Source: Desulfobacteraceae bacterium (GTDB taxonomy: Bacteria > Desulfobacterota > Desulfobacteria > Desulfobacterales > SURF-7). Taken from it: a stretch of 64,000 nt of DNA. The notes beneath the pieces were generated by a model. That model was not told the DNA's origin. It made no database searches and saw nothing but the letters and a program-made list of their open reading frames with translations. A program made the position numbers and the translations under genes. Where the stretch lies: the NCBI GenBank assembly GCA_003599865.1, contig QZKS01000012.1:5875-69874 (forward strand). Reading direction: 5' to 3'. The stretch's first letter is position 1; every line of letters begins with the position of its first letter. Below are positions 28,184 through 40,185 of this stretch, in pieces.

Positions 28184-28995
28184 AAACCAATGTCAATGTT
28201 CTGGTTCTGACCGGATATGGACTCAATTGCGACAATGAAACCGCCCATACCTTCAACCTTGCCGGTGGAACGCCGGCCCGCATTCACATTAACGCCCTGA
28301 TTGACGGAAGCGTTTCTCTGGATGCATTTCAGATCCTGGTATTCGGCGGCGGGTTCAGCTGGGGGGACGACCATGGCGCCGGTGTGGTTCAGGCGGTTCG
28401 GATGAAAACCAATATCGGTGAAAAAATGATTGAATTTATCCAACGGGGAAACCTTGTCATTGGAATCTGCAACGGATTTCAGACCCTTGTCAATCTGGGC
28501 CTGCTGCCGGGGTTTGACCTCGACTATACCACCCGGAATGTTGCCCTGACCTATAATGACTGCGGTAATTTCAGGGATCAGTGGGTCAATCTGAAAGTGA
28601 ATACCGCGTCTCCCTGTATCTTCACAAAAGACATCGATTCCATTGAACTTCCGGTTCGGCATGGAGAAGGAAAATTTTTTGCCGATCAAAAGGTCATCCA
28701 CCGTTTACAGCAGAATAACCAGATTGTATTGCAGTATGCAACCCGTGGCAACCGTCCTGCCGAACAGGCATTTCCGGACAATCCCAATGGATCCGTGCTG
28801 GATATTGCCGGGATATGTGATCCAACCGGACGGGTTTTCGGCCTGATGCCCCATCCGGAGGCCTATCACCACCCCACAAATCATCCGGACTGGGCACGCC
28901 GGAAAGAGGTTGCCAAGCGGAATCAGGAATCCCGGCCTCCGAAAATCAAAACAGGCTTGGCCTTGTTTCAAAATGCCGTAAATTATTTTTCGTGA
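28180..28995 (+). CDS. purQ: Phosphoribosylformylglycinamidine synthase glutaminase subunit
   Basis: GFSWGDD, the nucleophile elbow GICNGFQ, and MPHPE. Overlaps the purL stop. Confidence 0.9.
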   Translation: MKTNVNVLVLTGYGLNCDNETAHTFNLAGGTPARIHINALIDGSVSLDAFQILVFGGGFSWGDDHGAGVVQAVRMKTNIGEKMIEFIQRGNLVIGICNGFQTLVNLGLLPGFDLDYTTRNVALTYNDCGNFRDQWVNLKVNTASPCIFTKDIDSIELPVRHGEGKFFADQKVIHRLQQNNQIVLQYATRGNRPAEQAFPDNPNGSVLDIAGICDPTGRVFGLMPHPEAYHHPTNHPDWARRKEVAKRNQESRPPKIKTGLALFQNAVNYFS

Positions 28996-29057
28996 CAGGA
29001 GTGTGATCCGGCTCTGTGAAAAAAATGAAAGCAATGGGAAAATGGTGACCGCCCGGA

Positions 29058-30902
29058 ATGACTGATTCTTCTATAAAAAACCACGGCCATACCATCAACC
29101 TGCAAGTCAAGGTGATGCTTCTTTTCCTGACCATTTCACTCCTTCCCCTGTCCATTGTCGGCGTCTTTTCCATTAAAACAACCGAAAAACTGATTGTTGA
29201 CATGGTGATGCGCCAGCTTGAAAACGTTGCGGTTGACAAGTCGTCCATTCTGGAAAGATGGCTCAGCGAACGCAAGGCGGATATGCTGGTCATGACCGGA
29301 ACGCCGATTCTCCAGTCCATGATTCCCGAAAGCATCAGCCCCTATCTTCATCTGATCCAGAAAAAGTACGAAGTCTATAAAAAACATACCCTGATTTCAC
29401 CCTCTGAAAATCTTGCCGTAACCTTCCAGGGCGGGATGCTGCAATACGAAAACAAAGACCGGAGCCCCTATCAACTGAAAGACCGGCTGTTTTTATCCGA
29501 CATCATGCTTTCTTCCGAAGAAAAAGAGTCCACATTCGACATCGCCGCCCCGATCCTTCGCGACAACGGCGATATTGCCGGCACCCTATACGGAACCGTG
29601 GGAACCCGGCAGATCATCTTTTTTATCCTGAATGTGGCGCTTGGCAAAACCGGTGAATGCTATCTGGTGGACCGGAACGGAACCTTTCTGGCTCACAAGG
29701 AGCCCTGGCGTATTCTGAAAGAAACCATTTCCCTGCAGAACATCATCAGCAACCGCGACCCCCGAAAGACCTATCGGGATTATCGCGGTATTGAGGTTTT
29801 TGGAACATCCCTGCAGGTCGGCGGTACAGACTGGCACGTGGTCGTAGAGCAGGACCGCGATGAGGTTTTTGAGAGCATCAGTATATTGAAAAGAAACCTG
29901 TATGCAACGATTCTGCTTTGCATCGGCAGTGCCCTGATGCTGACCTGGGTCATCTCCTTTCATATCATCCGGCCCATCCGGACCCTGAACCGTTCCGCAG
30001 ATCTCCTGGCCGGCGGGGAGTTTGAAAAAGGGATTGTCCGGCTCAACCGGCGTGATGAAATCGGAATGCTGTATCAGGCATTTGAAAATATGGCCCGGAA
30101 ACTCCAGGAGCGTCAGAACCATCTGGAAAAAAAGGTGGATTTAAAGGATGCCGAGCTGAAAGAAACCGACATCGTGCTCAAACAGATCAAGCTCATTGCC
30201 GAGCGTGCTGAAAAATTTGCCGCCATTGGACGTCTCAGCGCTGCCGTGGCCCATGAAATACGGACGCCGCTCACTTCCCTGAAACTGTTTCTGGAGTCTA
30301 TCCAGTCTGAAATTGAAATATCACCGGAATATGAAGAAGACTATGACATCGCCATGCAGCAGGTCAACCGCATTGAGGCGACCATCAACCGTTTCCTGGA
30401 TTTCTCCCGGCCAAAAGAACCGGTTTTTTCCGATATCGATATTTCCTCGCTGATCGAAACCGTGATCCATATCATCAAACCGATGGTCAGCAAACAGGAG
30501 TGTTCTCTGCAGGTCCATATCGAAAACCACCTGCCGTCCATATGGGGAGATAAAATACTGCTGGAGGAAACGCTGATCAATCTGTTCGTGAATTCCCTGG
30601 AAGCCATGCCCCATCAGGGAAGCCTCTTTATTGAAGCGAAACAGGAGATGCTGCCATTGAACGGCGAATCCAGGCCATGCATCCGTGTAGATATTCAGGA
30701 TACCGGCACGGGTATTTCCGAAGACCGGATTGTCCATATTTTTGATCCGTTTTTTACAACCAAATCTTCCGGGACCGGCCTGGGACTGCCCCTGGTACTC
30801 AACGCCATCCGAAACCATGGCGGCGACATCCAGGTGAAAAGCCACACGGATAAGGGAACGGTATTCTCCCTTTTCCTGCCGGTAAAAAAAGCTTCTTCAT
30901 GA
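29058..30902 (+). CDS. Sensor histidine kinase (Cache-like periplasmic domain, HAMP, HisKA, HATPase)
   Basis: Two TM segments flank a ~260-aa extracytoplasmic domain. HAMP IRPIRTLNRSADLLAGGEF, H-box AAVAHEIRTPLTSL, and G-boxes DTGTGI / GTGLGL are present. Confidence 0.85.
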   Translation: MTDSSIKNHGHTINLQVKVMLLFLTISLLPLSIVGVFSIKTTEKLIVDMVMRQLENVAVDKSSILERWLSERKADMLVMTGTPILQSMIPESISPYLHLIQKKYEVYKKHTLISPSENLAVTFQGGMLQYENKDRSPYQLKDRLFLSDIMLSSEEKESTFDIAAPILRDNGDIAGTLYGTVGTRQIIFFILNVALGKTGECYLVDRNGTFLAHKEPWRILKETISLQNIISNRDPRKTYRDYRGIEVFGTSLQVGGTDWHVVVEQDRDEVFESISILKRNLYATILLCIGSALMLTWVISFHIIRPIRTLNRSADLLAGGEFEKGIVRLNRRDEIGMLYQAFENMARKLQERQNHLEKKVDLKDAELKETDIVLKQIKLIAERAEKFAAIGRLSAAVAHEIRTPLTSLKLFLESIQSEIEISPEYEEDYDIAMQQVNRIEATINRFLDFSRPKEPVFSDIDISSLIETVIHIIKPMVSKQECSLQVHIENHLPSIWGDKILLEETLINLFVNSLEAMPHQGSLFIEAKQEMLPLNGESRPCIRVDIQDTGTGISEDRIVHIFDPFFTTKSSGTGLGLPLVLNAIRNHGGDIQVKSHTDKGTVFSLFLPVKKASS

Positions 30903-30911
30903 GTGAGGCCA

Positions 30912-32360
30912 ATGGAAAAAATATTTCTGATTGACGACGATGAGGGACTCATCCATTTTCTGAGCCGTTTTTTTGAACGCAAAGGCTATGAGGTCACAAC
31001 CTGCCTCAGTGGTCCGGAAGCCGTCAGGATCATTCAGCATGAATCCTTTGACCTGATTCTACTGGATTATAAAATGCCGGAATCAAACGGAATCGACATA
31101 TTAACCAGAATCAGGGCCGCCCAGGTAAAAACACCGGTCATCCTGATGACCGCCTATGGAAGCACGGATATTGCCATTGAGGCCATGAAGCGCGGGGCTT
31201 ATGATTACCTGGTCAAGCCGTTTGAAAGAAAAGAGTTAAGCCGCATCGTCTCCGAAGCCCTTCAGGTCAACCGGCAGATGAAGGAAATCGTCCGCCTGCC
31301 GGATGCAGAACCGGACGGCCGTCCCCTCCCCATTTCCGGCGAACTCCAGATCATCGGCAACAGCAAAAAGATGCAGGAAGTATACAAACTGATCGGTCAG
31401 GTCGCCGAATCGGACGTATCGGTCATGATCACCGGTGAAAGCGGAACCGGAAAGGAACTGGTGGCACGCGCCATCTATCACCACAGCACCCGAAAAGACA
31501 AGCCGTTTATCGCCATCAACTGCGCGGCCATCCCGGAGAATCTGTTTGAAAGCGAGCTGTTCGGTTATGAGCGCGGTGCTTTTTCCGGAGCGGAACGGAC
31601 CCACATCGGCAAAATCGAACGATGCAACGGCGGGACCTGTTTTCTGGATGAAATCGCCGATATGTCGCTGAGTACCCAGGCCAAACTGCTGCGGGTGCTG
31701 CAGGAAGGAGAATTCGAGCGTCTGGGAGGATCTCAGACCATAAAAGTCCATGTCCGCATAATCGCCGCATCCAATAAGGACATGGAAATGGAAGTGCGGC
31801 AGGGACGATTCCGGGCCGACCTGTTCTGGCGGCTGAAAATCATCACCATTCATCTTCCGCCCCTGCGGGAAAGAACCGAAGACATTCTCCTGCTGGCGGA
31901 TTATTTTCTATCCCGCTTCAGCCGGGAATATGCCAAATCCGTGCGTTACCTTTCCGAAGCTGCACGGAAAAAGCTGAAAACCTGCCCATGGCCGGGGAAT
32001 GTCCGCGAACTGGAAAACTGCATCCGCCGGGCCATCCTGATCACCACGGGGGATTTCCTCTCGGAAGACCATTTTATCTTCTCCGCCCAGGAAGAGGGAA
32101 AGCCATTGTCCCGACTCAGCCGGGAACAATTAATGGATCGTCTGAGGATCAAACTGGAGGCCATCATTCCGGAAGTTCTGCACCTTTCGGAAGACGGCAT
32201 TCACGCCAACATCATGGAAATGGTGGAGGAGACGCTCATCCGGATGGCCCTGAAAGAATGCGGCGGCAATCAGGTACATGCAGCGAAACTGCTGGGCATC
32301 AGCCGCAATACACTGCGCCACCGCCTGAAAAAAATGGAAGAAAAATCCCTGCTTTCCTGA
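30912..32360 (+). CDS. Sigma-54-dependent response regulator (NtrC family)
   Basis: Receiver domain ([19 protein letters not shown]). AAA+ domain with GESGTGKE and the GAFSGA variant of the GAFTGA sigma-54 contact loop. C-terminal Fis-type [21 protein letters not shown]. The ATG at 30912 is preferred over the GTG at 30903. Confidence 0.9.
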   Translation: MEKIFLIDDDEGLIHFLSRFFERKGYEVTTCLSGPEAVRIIQHESFDLILLDYKMPESNGIDILTRIRAAQVKTPVILMTAYGSTDIAIEAMKRGAYDYLVKPFERKELSRIVSEALQVNRQMKEIVRLPDAEPDGRPLPISGELQIIGNSKKMQEVYKLIGQVAESDVSVMITGESGTGKELVARAIYHHSTRKDKPFIAINCAAIPENLFESELFGYERGAFSGAERTHIGKIERCNGGTCFLDEIADMSLSTQAKLLRVLQEGEFERLGGSQTIKVHVRIIAASNKDMEMEVRQGRFRADLFWRLKIITIHLPPLRERTEDILLLADYFLSRFSREYAKSVRYLSEAARKKLKTCPWPGNVRELENCIRRAILITTGDFLSEDHFIFSAQEEGKPLSRLSREQLMDRLRIKLEAIIPEVLHLSEDGIHANIMEMVEETLIRMALKECGGNQVHAAKLLGISRNTLRHRLKKMEEKSLLS

Positions 32361-32507
32361 ATGAAAGCGATCTTCTGCTTCTATTTCACCACTGCTGTTC
32401 AATTTTTGAGCAGCAACTTCTTCACGATGTTCTACCGTCCTCTCTGAAAAACATCTTACTATCCGGAATTACATAGTTTTACCATATCGTCCCCGGATTC
32501 GTTCTTT

Positions 32508-32523
32508 GGGCATGCACCTTGCT
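32508..32523 (+). promoter_or_regulatory. Sigma-54 (-24/-12) promoter upstream of the hypothetical gene and gdhA
   Basis: GGGCATGCACCTTGCT: GG at 32509-32510 and GC at 32521-32522 with canonical spacing (GGCAtG-N4-TTGCT). Confidence 0.55.
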
Positions 32524-32643
32524 ATACCCCTGTGAATGGCTTTACCATGAATGGTCCGGCCATTCCATGTTCCGGTTTGCCGTCATGAAACTTTGATCAT
32601 ATGGACGCAAACCGGTTTAACCGCAAAGGAAAGGACAGCAGCG

Positions 32644-34591
<1,948 letters not shown>

Positions 34592-34608
34592 AGCATTACA
34601 AAAACAGC

Positions 34609-34640
34609 GTGTTACCTGTCGGTCTTACGACAGGTAACAC
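34609..34640. terminator. Hairpin between convergent gdhA and the PEP-binding-domain gene
   Basis: Perfect 13-bp stem GTGTTACCTGTCG / CGACAGGTAACAC with a 6-nt loop. A U-run (GCTGTTTTTG) follows only in the minus-strand sense. The right arm overlaps the last codons of the minus-strand gene. Confidence 0.5.
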
Positions 34641-37225
34641 ATCATGTTCTGGGTCGTGATATCCGAGTATATGATCAGGCCCATATCCCGCACATCGCTC
34701 ACCTTCACTGCCGGGCTGAAACGCTCATCTCCCGGGCACAGGCTTTCAAGCCTGTTCGGAAGCGCAAGAAGCCAATCCCGGTTAAACACGACTTCCTGCT
34801 TTTCCGGATACACCGCCAGATAAAAAATCCGTGTCTCCACCAGGTCCTGAAAAAAATGCGTTCCAAAGGATAAATCCGGAATCAGGCTCCCGTCCTGGTA
34901 ACTGATTTCCGCCATTGCCGTAATATGGTTGATTTCGGAAAAGGTGACCGGAACGCCCATGGCCGGTGAATGTGTCCCCCATCTTCCCGGACCGAGAAGG
35001 AATGTCGGCGATTTGACCCGATCCGCCACCTGTCTGTTCAATTTCCCGATCAGACGCGCCACACTGTATTTATCCGAAAGGGAAAGGCCGGCATATGCCT
35101 GCGGATCAACGTAGATAATGCAGGCAATGGGCTGGGAGATGTTTCCTCCCATGAAATTTCCCTCGGTCCGGATGATGATTTTTTCCGGGTCGATCCGGGC
35201 AGGCATTTCCACCCGAACGCCCTCACCAAAGGTTTGAAACGGGCGGCATTGCAGCAGATTGATCTGGATGTCATCCGTCTGACTGAAATTGACCGTGAAT
35301 TCGATATCAACCGGATACTGATAGCCGTTTTCAAGCGTCTGAAGCATTCCGGCCATTGTCCGAACAAAATCGGTATCCGTCAAAAACGGATCAAAAGTCA
35401 GAATCCGCACATCCTGTCCGGTCTTTCCGGCAGCCAGGAGGTTTTCAACCGCTTCCGTATCGCGGATCGACAGAGTATCCAGTCTGGTATCGAGGTTTTT
35501 CTGAGCCAGTTCCCGGACAGGCAGTGTCTGAAGCTGATTTTCCTCCAGATTCAATATATCGGCAAAATTCTGTGAGAACTTGCGGATGTCCTTCATCTCC
35601 GATAAGGGACGCACCAATGGCTCATCAATCGCGACAATCCGTGGATAATCCGTATCCACCCGGTTCACGGCACGGGTTCCCAGCCCGAAAACCAGCCGCA
35701 GCATGCCGGCTTTCGGATTCATATCCTTTTTCCAGACAAAGGGGTTCCGGGACAGACCGACTCCGGCGATCTCCGGGAAAAAATACTGTTCCCGGTAAGC
35801 ACCGGATACTCTCTGCACCAGGAGGGCCATCTGTTCATTCTGTTGATCCAGCCCGCGCTGCAACCGATACGCAAGCGCATCTTCATTCATGGTGCCGGCA
35901 AATATCCGCTTGACCGCTTTTTCAAAATATTCATACCGCTGTTCAGGAGTACCCTGGTTGACACAAAAAAAACTTTCATATTTTCCGGAAAATGCACTGC
36001 CGAACGCATCCTCCAGCAAGCTGCTAGAACGGACGATAATGGGCGACTGGCCAAAGTACTCCAGCATGCGTTTAAACTGTTCCTTGATCTCTTCCGGGAA
36101 GATTCCTGTAAGCATGCTGTTTCTCAACTCCGCCGCCTTTTCAAAATAGCCCTCCCGGGTCTTCTGGGCCATGAAAAGCTTCCACCATCCATTTTGAACA
36201 ATATAGGAATAAAAGACATCCGAACCGATATAAAAGGAATCATGATGCTCCAGGATACTGCTCCACGGAAAGGTGGTATCCTGTATCAGAATCTTGCGGG
36301 CCAGAAGCATTCCCAATGCCTTCCCGCCGATAAAGCCGGTACCGATCAACCGCTCCTTGATCCATACAAGATCTTCCAGGGAAAAATATTTCCGGATCAG
36401 GGAAAGAACCCGTTGACTTCGGCTCAGCAAAAGGCGAGCGAGCTGCTCCACCATATCAAGCTTCTCCTGTGCGGATGCCTGCGAATTCATCAGTTTCTTG
36501 GCTTGAATAAAAAGCCGGTCCCAGTAGTCCAGGTGACGCTGGGCATCGGCTGTGTGATGGTGGCGGGAAAGATGGGAGAACAACTGGGTGGCCTCTACAC
36601 TGTTGATCACCGGGATCAGATCATTTTTTTTCCGCACATGAGGAAAAAACATGGTCGGGGAATAGCGGTGCTGGACCTTCAGCGGGTGAATGCAGATCTG
36701 TCTTCTGTAGTTATAGACATCGATCAATACCTGGGTGGTTTCCCGGATTCGGGCAATGGCCTTGAAAGAATGCATGTTCCGCTGAATGGCAAAATAGGCG
36801 ATGGTGTTGAGTTCAAAAAGATACGGACAGGTGATGTAAAAAAAATCACCGATCATCAGGTCCGTAGCCCACACATGCAGCAGGTCGGACAGGGAGTCAA
36901 AGATATAATGGGTGTCCTTCCCTTCTTTTGTGATGATGGTATGCACCTGCGACGAGAAGGATTCAAAACCCTGGTCGATATTCAAATCGTAGATCACGAT
37001 CTGATCACCGGCCTCAAGGAGTGGCCTGTGGCGGGCAAAACGCATATAGACCAGGCGTTCATTGTCGGAAACAGATCTTGCTGCAAAAAAAGAAACCAGA
37101 CGCTGGTAGTCATCCATACTGTCCACCTGCCAGACGACATTATCCCCCCTGCGCAGATGATCAATAATCATATCCAGGCTGTCCCAGCCCGTGCTTACAT
37201 GAGAAGTACCTGCCATGCTCACCAT
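34625..37225 (-). CDS. PEP/pyruvate-binding (PPDK_N / ATP-grasp) domain protein with Walker-A-less KaiC/RecA-like N-domain
   Basis: 866 aa. The N-terminal ~200 aa is a paralog of the N-domain of the 1167-2471 product (STGWDSLDMIIDHLRRGDNVVWQVD...LVYMRF...IFDSLSDL...LFELNTIAYF). The middle IGGKALGMLLA...SSLLEDAFGSAFSGKYESF...ALLVQRV matches the pyruvate-phosphate-dikinase N-terminal nucleotide-binding domain. Confidence 0.75.
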   Translation of the reverse strand: MVSMAGTSHVSTGWDSLDMIIDHLRRGDNVVWQVDSMDDYQRLVSFFAARSVSDNERLVYMRFARHRPLLEAGDQIVIYDLNIDQGFESFSSQVHTIITKEGKDTHYIFDSLSDLLHVWATDLMIGDFFYITCPYLFELNTIAYFAIQRNMHSFKAIARIRETTQVLIDVYNYRRQICIHPLKVQHRYSPTMFFPHVRKKNDLIPVINSVEATQLFSHLSRHHHTADAQRHLDYWDRLFIQAKKLMNSQASAQEKLDMVEQLARLLLSRSQRVLSLIRKYFSLEDLVWIKERLIGTGFIGGKALGMLLARKILIQDTTFPWSSILEHHDSFYIGSDVFYSYIVQNGWWKLFMAQKTREGYFEKAAELRNSMLTGIFPEEIKEQFKRMLEYFGQSPIIVRSSSLLEDAFGSAFSGKYESFFCVNQGTPEQRYEYFEKAVKRIFAGTMNEDALAYRLQRGLDQQNEQMALLVQRVSGAYREQYFFPEIAGVGLSRNPFVWKKDMNPKAGMLRLVFGLGTRAVNRVDTDYPRIVAIDEPLVRPLSEMKDIRKFSQNFADILNLEENQLQTLPVRELAQKNLDTRLDTLSIRDTEAVENLLAAGKTGQDVRILTFDPFLTDTDFVRTMAGMLQTLENGYQYPVDIEFTVNFSQTDDIQINLLQCRPFQTFGEGVRVEMPARIDPEKIIIRTEGNFMGGNISQPIACIIYVDPQAYAGLSLSDKYSVARLIGKLNRQVADRVKSPTFLLGPGRWGTHSPAMGVPVTFSEINHITAMAEISYQDGSLIPDLSFGTHFFQDLVETRIFYLAVYPEKQEVVFNRDWLLALPNRLESLCPGDERFSPAVKVSDVRDMGLIIYSDITTQNMMCYLS

Positions 37226-37334
37226 TCCGTATTGAAGAAAACAGTTATAATCAAAAGATCCGACAACAAGATGGTTTTCGATCTGCCTGCCGATGATACC
37301 AAATCAGGATGGAAACGCAATATCCATGATGAGG

Positions 37335-38162
37335 TCACGTAGGGGCTTTTCCCTTTTGGACCTTTCCGATCTTCCTATCCATCACAGCATCTACCAGGCG
37401 GGGAAAGAGTCGTTTGATGAGCCAGGTAAATTTTCCATCCAAACCGGGGATGATCATGAACCGGCTGCGTTCGATTCCGTTGACCAATGCCTTTGCAACT
37501 GCTTCCGGCTGCAATACCTTTGCATTGGCAGCGATCACTCTTGTCTCTTCCGGCTTGGTTCCTTCTTCGGCTGCAAGACCCGGCGTATCCGTGTCAGGCG
37601 GGCACAGGACCGATACCCGAATCTTATATGGCTTGACTTCGCTTCTCAGTGCCTCGGAAAAACCCATTACCGCAAACTTGGATGCGCAGTAGTCCGTATA
37701 ACCGAACACTCCCAGGAATCCGGCAATGGATGACACGTTTGCGATATGCCCTCCTTTTTGTTTCATATGGGGCAATAATGCGGAAACAGAATTCCATACA
37801 CCGTAAAAATTAATGCGCATGGTCTCATCCATCTGCTTACAAGGTATCTTGCCAAAATAATCCGGCCTGGCACGGCCGGCGGAATTAATCAGAAGATCCG
37901 GACATCCGAATTCAGCGACCGCTCTATTCATGACATGTTGAACCGCCCGGTGATCCGATACATCAAGCTGCATACAGCCGATCCGCTGCACTTCGGAAGC
38001 GGAATGGCTCCTGATTTCGGCAGTCGCCTGTTCAAGCTGATCCATGCCTCTGGCAAAAATCAGGATATCGGCTCCCTTTTCCGCAAGAAGATTCCCTGCA
38101 CAAAGGCCGATTCCGCTGGAGCCTCCCGTAATATAAACAATTTTTCCCTTCCCTATTTTCAT
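37335..38162 (-). CDS. SDR oxidoreductase, 3-dehydrosphinganine reductase (KDSR)-like
   Basis: ITGGSSGIG, YCASKFA and the distinctive VKPYKIRVSVLCPPDTDTPGLAAEEGTKPEETR block that I associate with KDSR/Tsc10-type reductases. The start MKIGKGK at 38162 has a GGGAGGAG RBS. Confidence 0.8.
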   Translation of the reverse strand: MKIGKGKIVYITGGSSGIGLCAGNLLAEKGADILIFARGMDQLEQATAEIRSHSASEVQRIGCMQLDVSDHRAVQHVMNRAVAEFGCPDLLINSAGRARPDYFGKIPCKQMDETMRINFYGVWNSVSALLPHMKQKGGHIANVSSIAGFLGVFGYTDYCASKFAVMGFSEALRSEVKPYKIRVSVLCPPDTDTPGLAAEEGTKPEETRVIAANAKVLQPEAVAKALVNGIERSRFMIIPGLDGKFTWLIKRLFPRLVDAVMDRKIGKVQKGKAPT

Positions 38163-38450
38163 GATGCCGATCTCCTCCCGGAGTTGATTCGAATAATCCG
38201 CACAAGATATTGTTTTAGATGATCCGAATCTATACACAGTGAAATGGACGAGTCAATTTTAAATTCACCGTTTGCTCAAGTATTAAATCTTTTTATAGCA
38301 CTATCAATCTTTTTAATATCTGCGCCTGATTTATCCGGCTTATTTTCATCCGGCACCGGCTATACCCGCCTTCTATTTATTATCGTTTATTATTGAATAT
38401 CAAATAGATATTGCCAGCGTCATTCAGGGTTCCGCAACATGCCTTGAATC

Positions 38451-38466
38451 TGGCACTGCCATTGCA
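38451..38466 (+). promoter_or_regulatory. Consensus sigma-54 promoter of the minor-pilin operon
   Basis: TGGCAC-TGCCA-TTGCA matches TGGCAC-N5-TTGCA exactly. It lies 91 nt upstream of the ATG at 38557. Confidence 0.8.
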
Positions 38467-38471
38467 ACTAC

Positions 38472-38497
38472 AACCGGAAAACCATAATTTTCCGGTT
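38472..38497 (+). promoter_or_regulatory. Perfect 10-bp inverted repeat at the predicted transcription start of the pilin operon
   Basis: AACCGGAAAA-CCATAA-TTTTCCGGTT immediately downstream of the -12 element. Could be a leader hairpin or an operator. Confidence 0.4.
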
Positions 38498-38556
38498 CAA
38501 CCATTCGATGATAAAAGTTTTATCTAACCGGGCCCAATGACGGGAGGCAAAAAATA

Positions 38557-39009
38557 ATGAAAGGCAATAAGGGTTTCACCATAGTGGAAATGCTCATCGT
38601 AATTGTCATCATGGCAATACTGGCTGCCGTTGCCGTACCCAACATCATCTCATGGCGCGCAAACGCAGCCCTGAGCGGTGATACCCGCACCCTGAAAGCG
38701 GATTTTGAGCTGGCAAGATCCAGGGCTATCAAGGACAACACCTCTGTGACAATCAGCTTTGATACGGGGAATAACAGCTATTCAATCAGAATCATGGGTA
38801 TCCCTCCTTTCCCAGCCCCCCTCCCCGACCCCATTTTAACCCGGAGTTTAGTCGGCACATCCATCACCACCAACCTTACAGGAGGTGCAATCACGACCAC
38901 ATTTGACTCCAGGGGGCGTGTCAACAACACTGGCGACATTACCTTATCCAACGGCAGCAAAAAAGCACAGGTCACCGTGAATATGATCGGCTCGGTTCGG
39001 GTCAATTAG
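38557..39009 (+). CDS. Type IV minor pilin / pseudopilin, FimT-GspH family
   Basis: Prepilin motif KG|FTIVEML with Glu+5 and a hydrophobic helix, then the GspH-like SGDTRTLKADFELARSRAI. Confidence 0.8.
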   Translation: MKGNKGFTIVEMLIVIVIMAILAAVAVPNIISWRANAALSGDTRTLKADFELARSRAIKDNTSVTISFDTGNNSYSIRIMGIPPFPAPLPDPILTRSLVGTSITTNLTGGAITTTFDSRGRVNNTGDITLSNGSKKAQVTVNMIGSVRVN

Positions 39010-39040
39010 TGGTCAAACCCCGGAACAAGGAAACAGCGTC

Positions 39041-39703
39041 ATGAAAAAATACAACTTAAACCAAAGACTTGATCAAACAGAACCGGCAGGATGTTCCCAT
39101 GGTTTTACACTGGTTGAACTCCTGATCACCATGGTCATTGCATCCTTTGTTCTTGCAGCGGCATTTGCCATATTTACCAATTATACCCGCTCAAACACCC
39201 TTCAGACAGTTGCTGCAAATGTTCAGCAGGATATCCGTGCCGGAATTTCCTTTATGGAACAGGATGTCCGGTCCGCAGGATTCAATCCTCGGGAATTATC
39301 CACCGGCGTCGGATTTACGGAAGCTAGGACCACAACCTTTACTTTCACATCGGACAACGATTTTAACGGTATCGTGGCGGCTGATGATCCGGGGACTGTT
39401 GAAGATGAAACCGATACCAGCCCGGAGGAACAAATAACCTATACCTATAATGCCGGACCCCGAACGCTTACCCGGCGGAACCTGGAAGGTACGGAGACCC
39501 TGCTGAGCAATATTTCCAGCCTTGTCTTTACCTACTTTGACACCGATAATGGTCCGATTGTTGGCAACCCGATACCGGCAGCCAGCCTGGACGATATCCG
39601 GTCGGTGAACATTTCGATCACCATGTCCGAGGCTGCCGGAAAATACGGTACGATCAGCCGGACCGTTCAGACAAGAATTTATTGCCGGAACATGAATCTT
39701 TAG
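39041..39703 (+). CDS. pilW: Type IV pilus minor pilin PilW-like
   Basis: Prepilin motif HG|FTLVELLITMVIASFVL, followed by the PilW-like DIRAGISFMEQDVRSAGFNP. Confidence 0.75.
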   Translation: MKKYNLNQRLDQTEPAGCSHGFTLVELLITMVIASFVLAAAFAIFTNYTRSNTLQTVAANVQQDIRAGISFMEQDVRSAGFNPRELSTGVGFTEARTTTFTFTSDNDFNGIVAADDPGTVEDETDTSPEEQITYTYNAGPRTLTRRNLEGTETLLSNISSLVFTYFDTDNGPIVGNPIPAASLDDIRSVNISITMSEAAGKYGTISRTVQTRIYCRNMNL

Positions 39704-39726
39704 GACATCAAAAGGAGCAGCAGATC

Positions 39727-40152
39727 ATGCATACGCAGCAACCATACCGGAACCCGGAAAAAAACAACCACGGGTATTCCATTATCGAGGCCATGATCGC
39801 CCTCGGCGTACTGTCTATCGGACTTCTTGCCATCATTTCCATGCAGATTTCCTCTACCGCCAACATCAGAAAATCCGGAGATTCAACAGAGGCAATCAGC
39901 CTGGGAACCGCAGAGCTGGAAAGGCTCATGGCCTTTTCCTATACGGATCTGAACAATCCGGCGGTTATTGCACCGTTAAGTCGACTTAAGCAGGGCTCGG
40001 GAGGTCGGTTCGACATTACCTGGTCCGTGACGGCAGCGACCCCAGCGCCCAATACCGTAACCATTACCGTGAATGTGAGCTGGGACCCTCAAACCGGAGG
40101 CGGGACACAGACCATGACATTGACTTCGGTAAAAGCCGATATGAATTTGTAA
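39727..40152 (+). CDS. pilV: Type IV pilus minor pilin PilV-like
   Basis: HG|YSIIEAMIALGVLSIGLLAIISMQ. The ATG at 39727 has an AAGGAG RBS; the track start 39682 overlaps pilW. Confidence 0.75.
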   Translation: MHTQQPYRNPEKNNHGYSIIEAMIALGVLSIGLLAIISMQISSTANIRKSGDSTEAISLGTAELERLMAFSYTDLNNPAVIAPLSRLKQGSGGRFDITWSVTAATPAPNTVTITVNVSWDPQTGGGTQTMTLTSVKADMNL

Positions 40153-40185
40153 CCCATAAACAGAAAGTACCTTGGTAAGGGGGAA

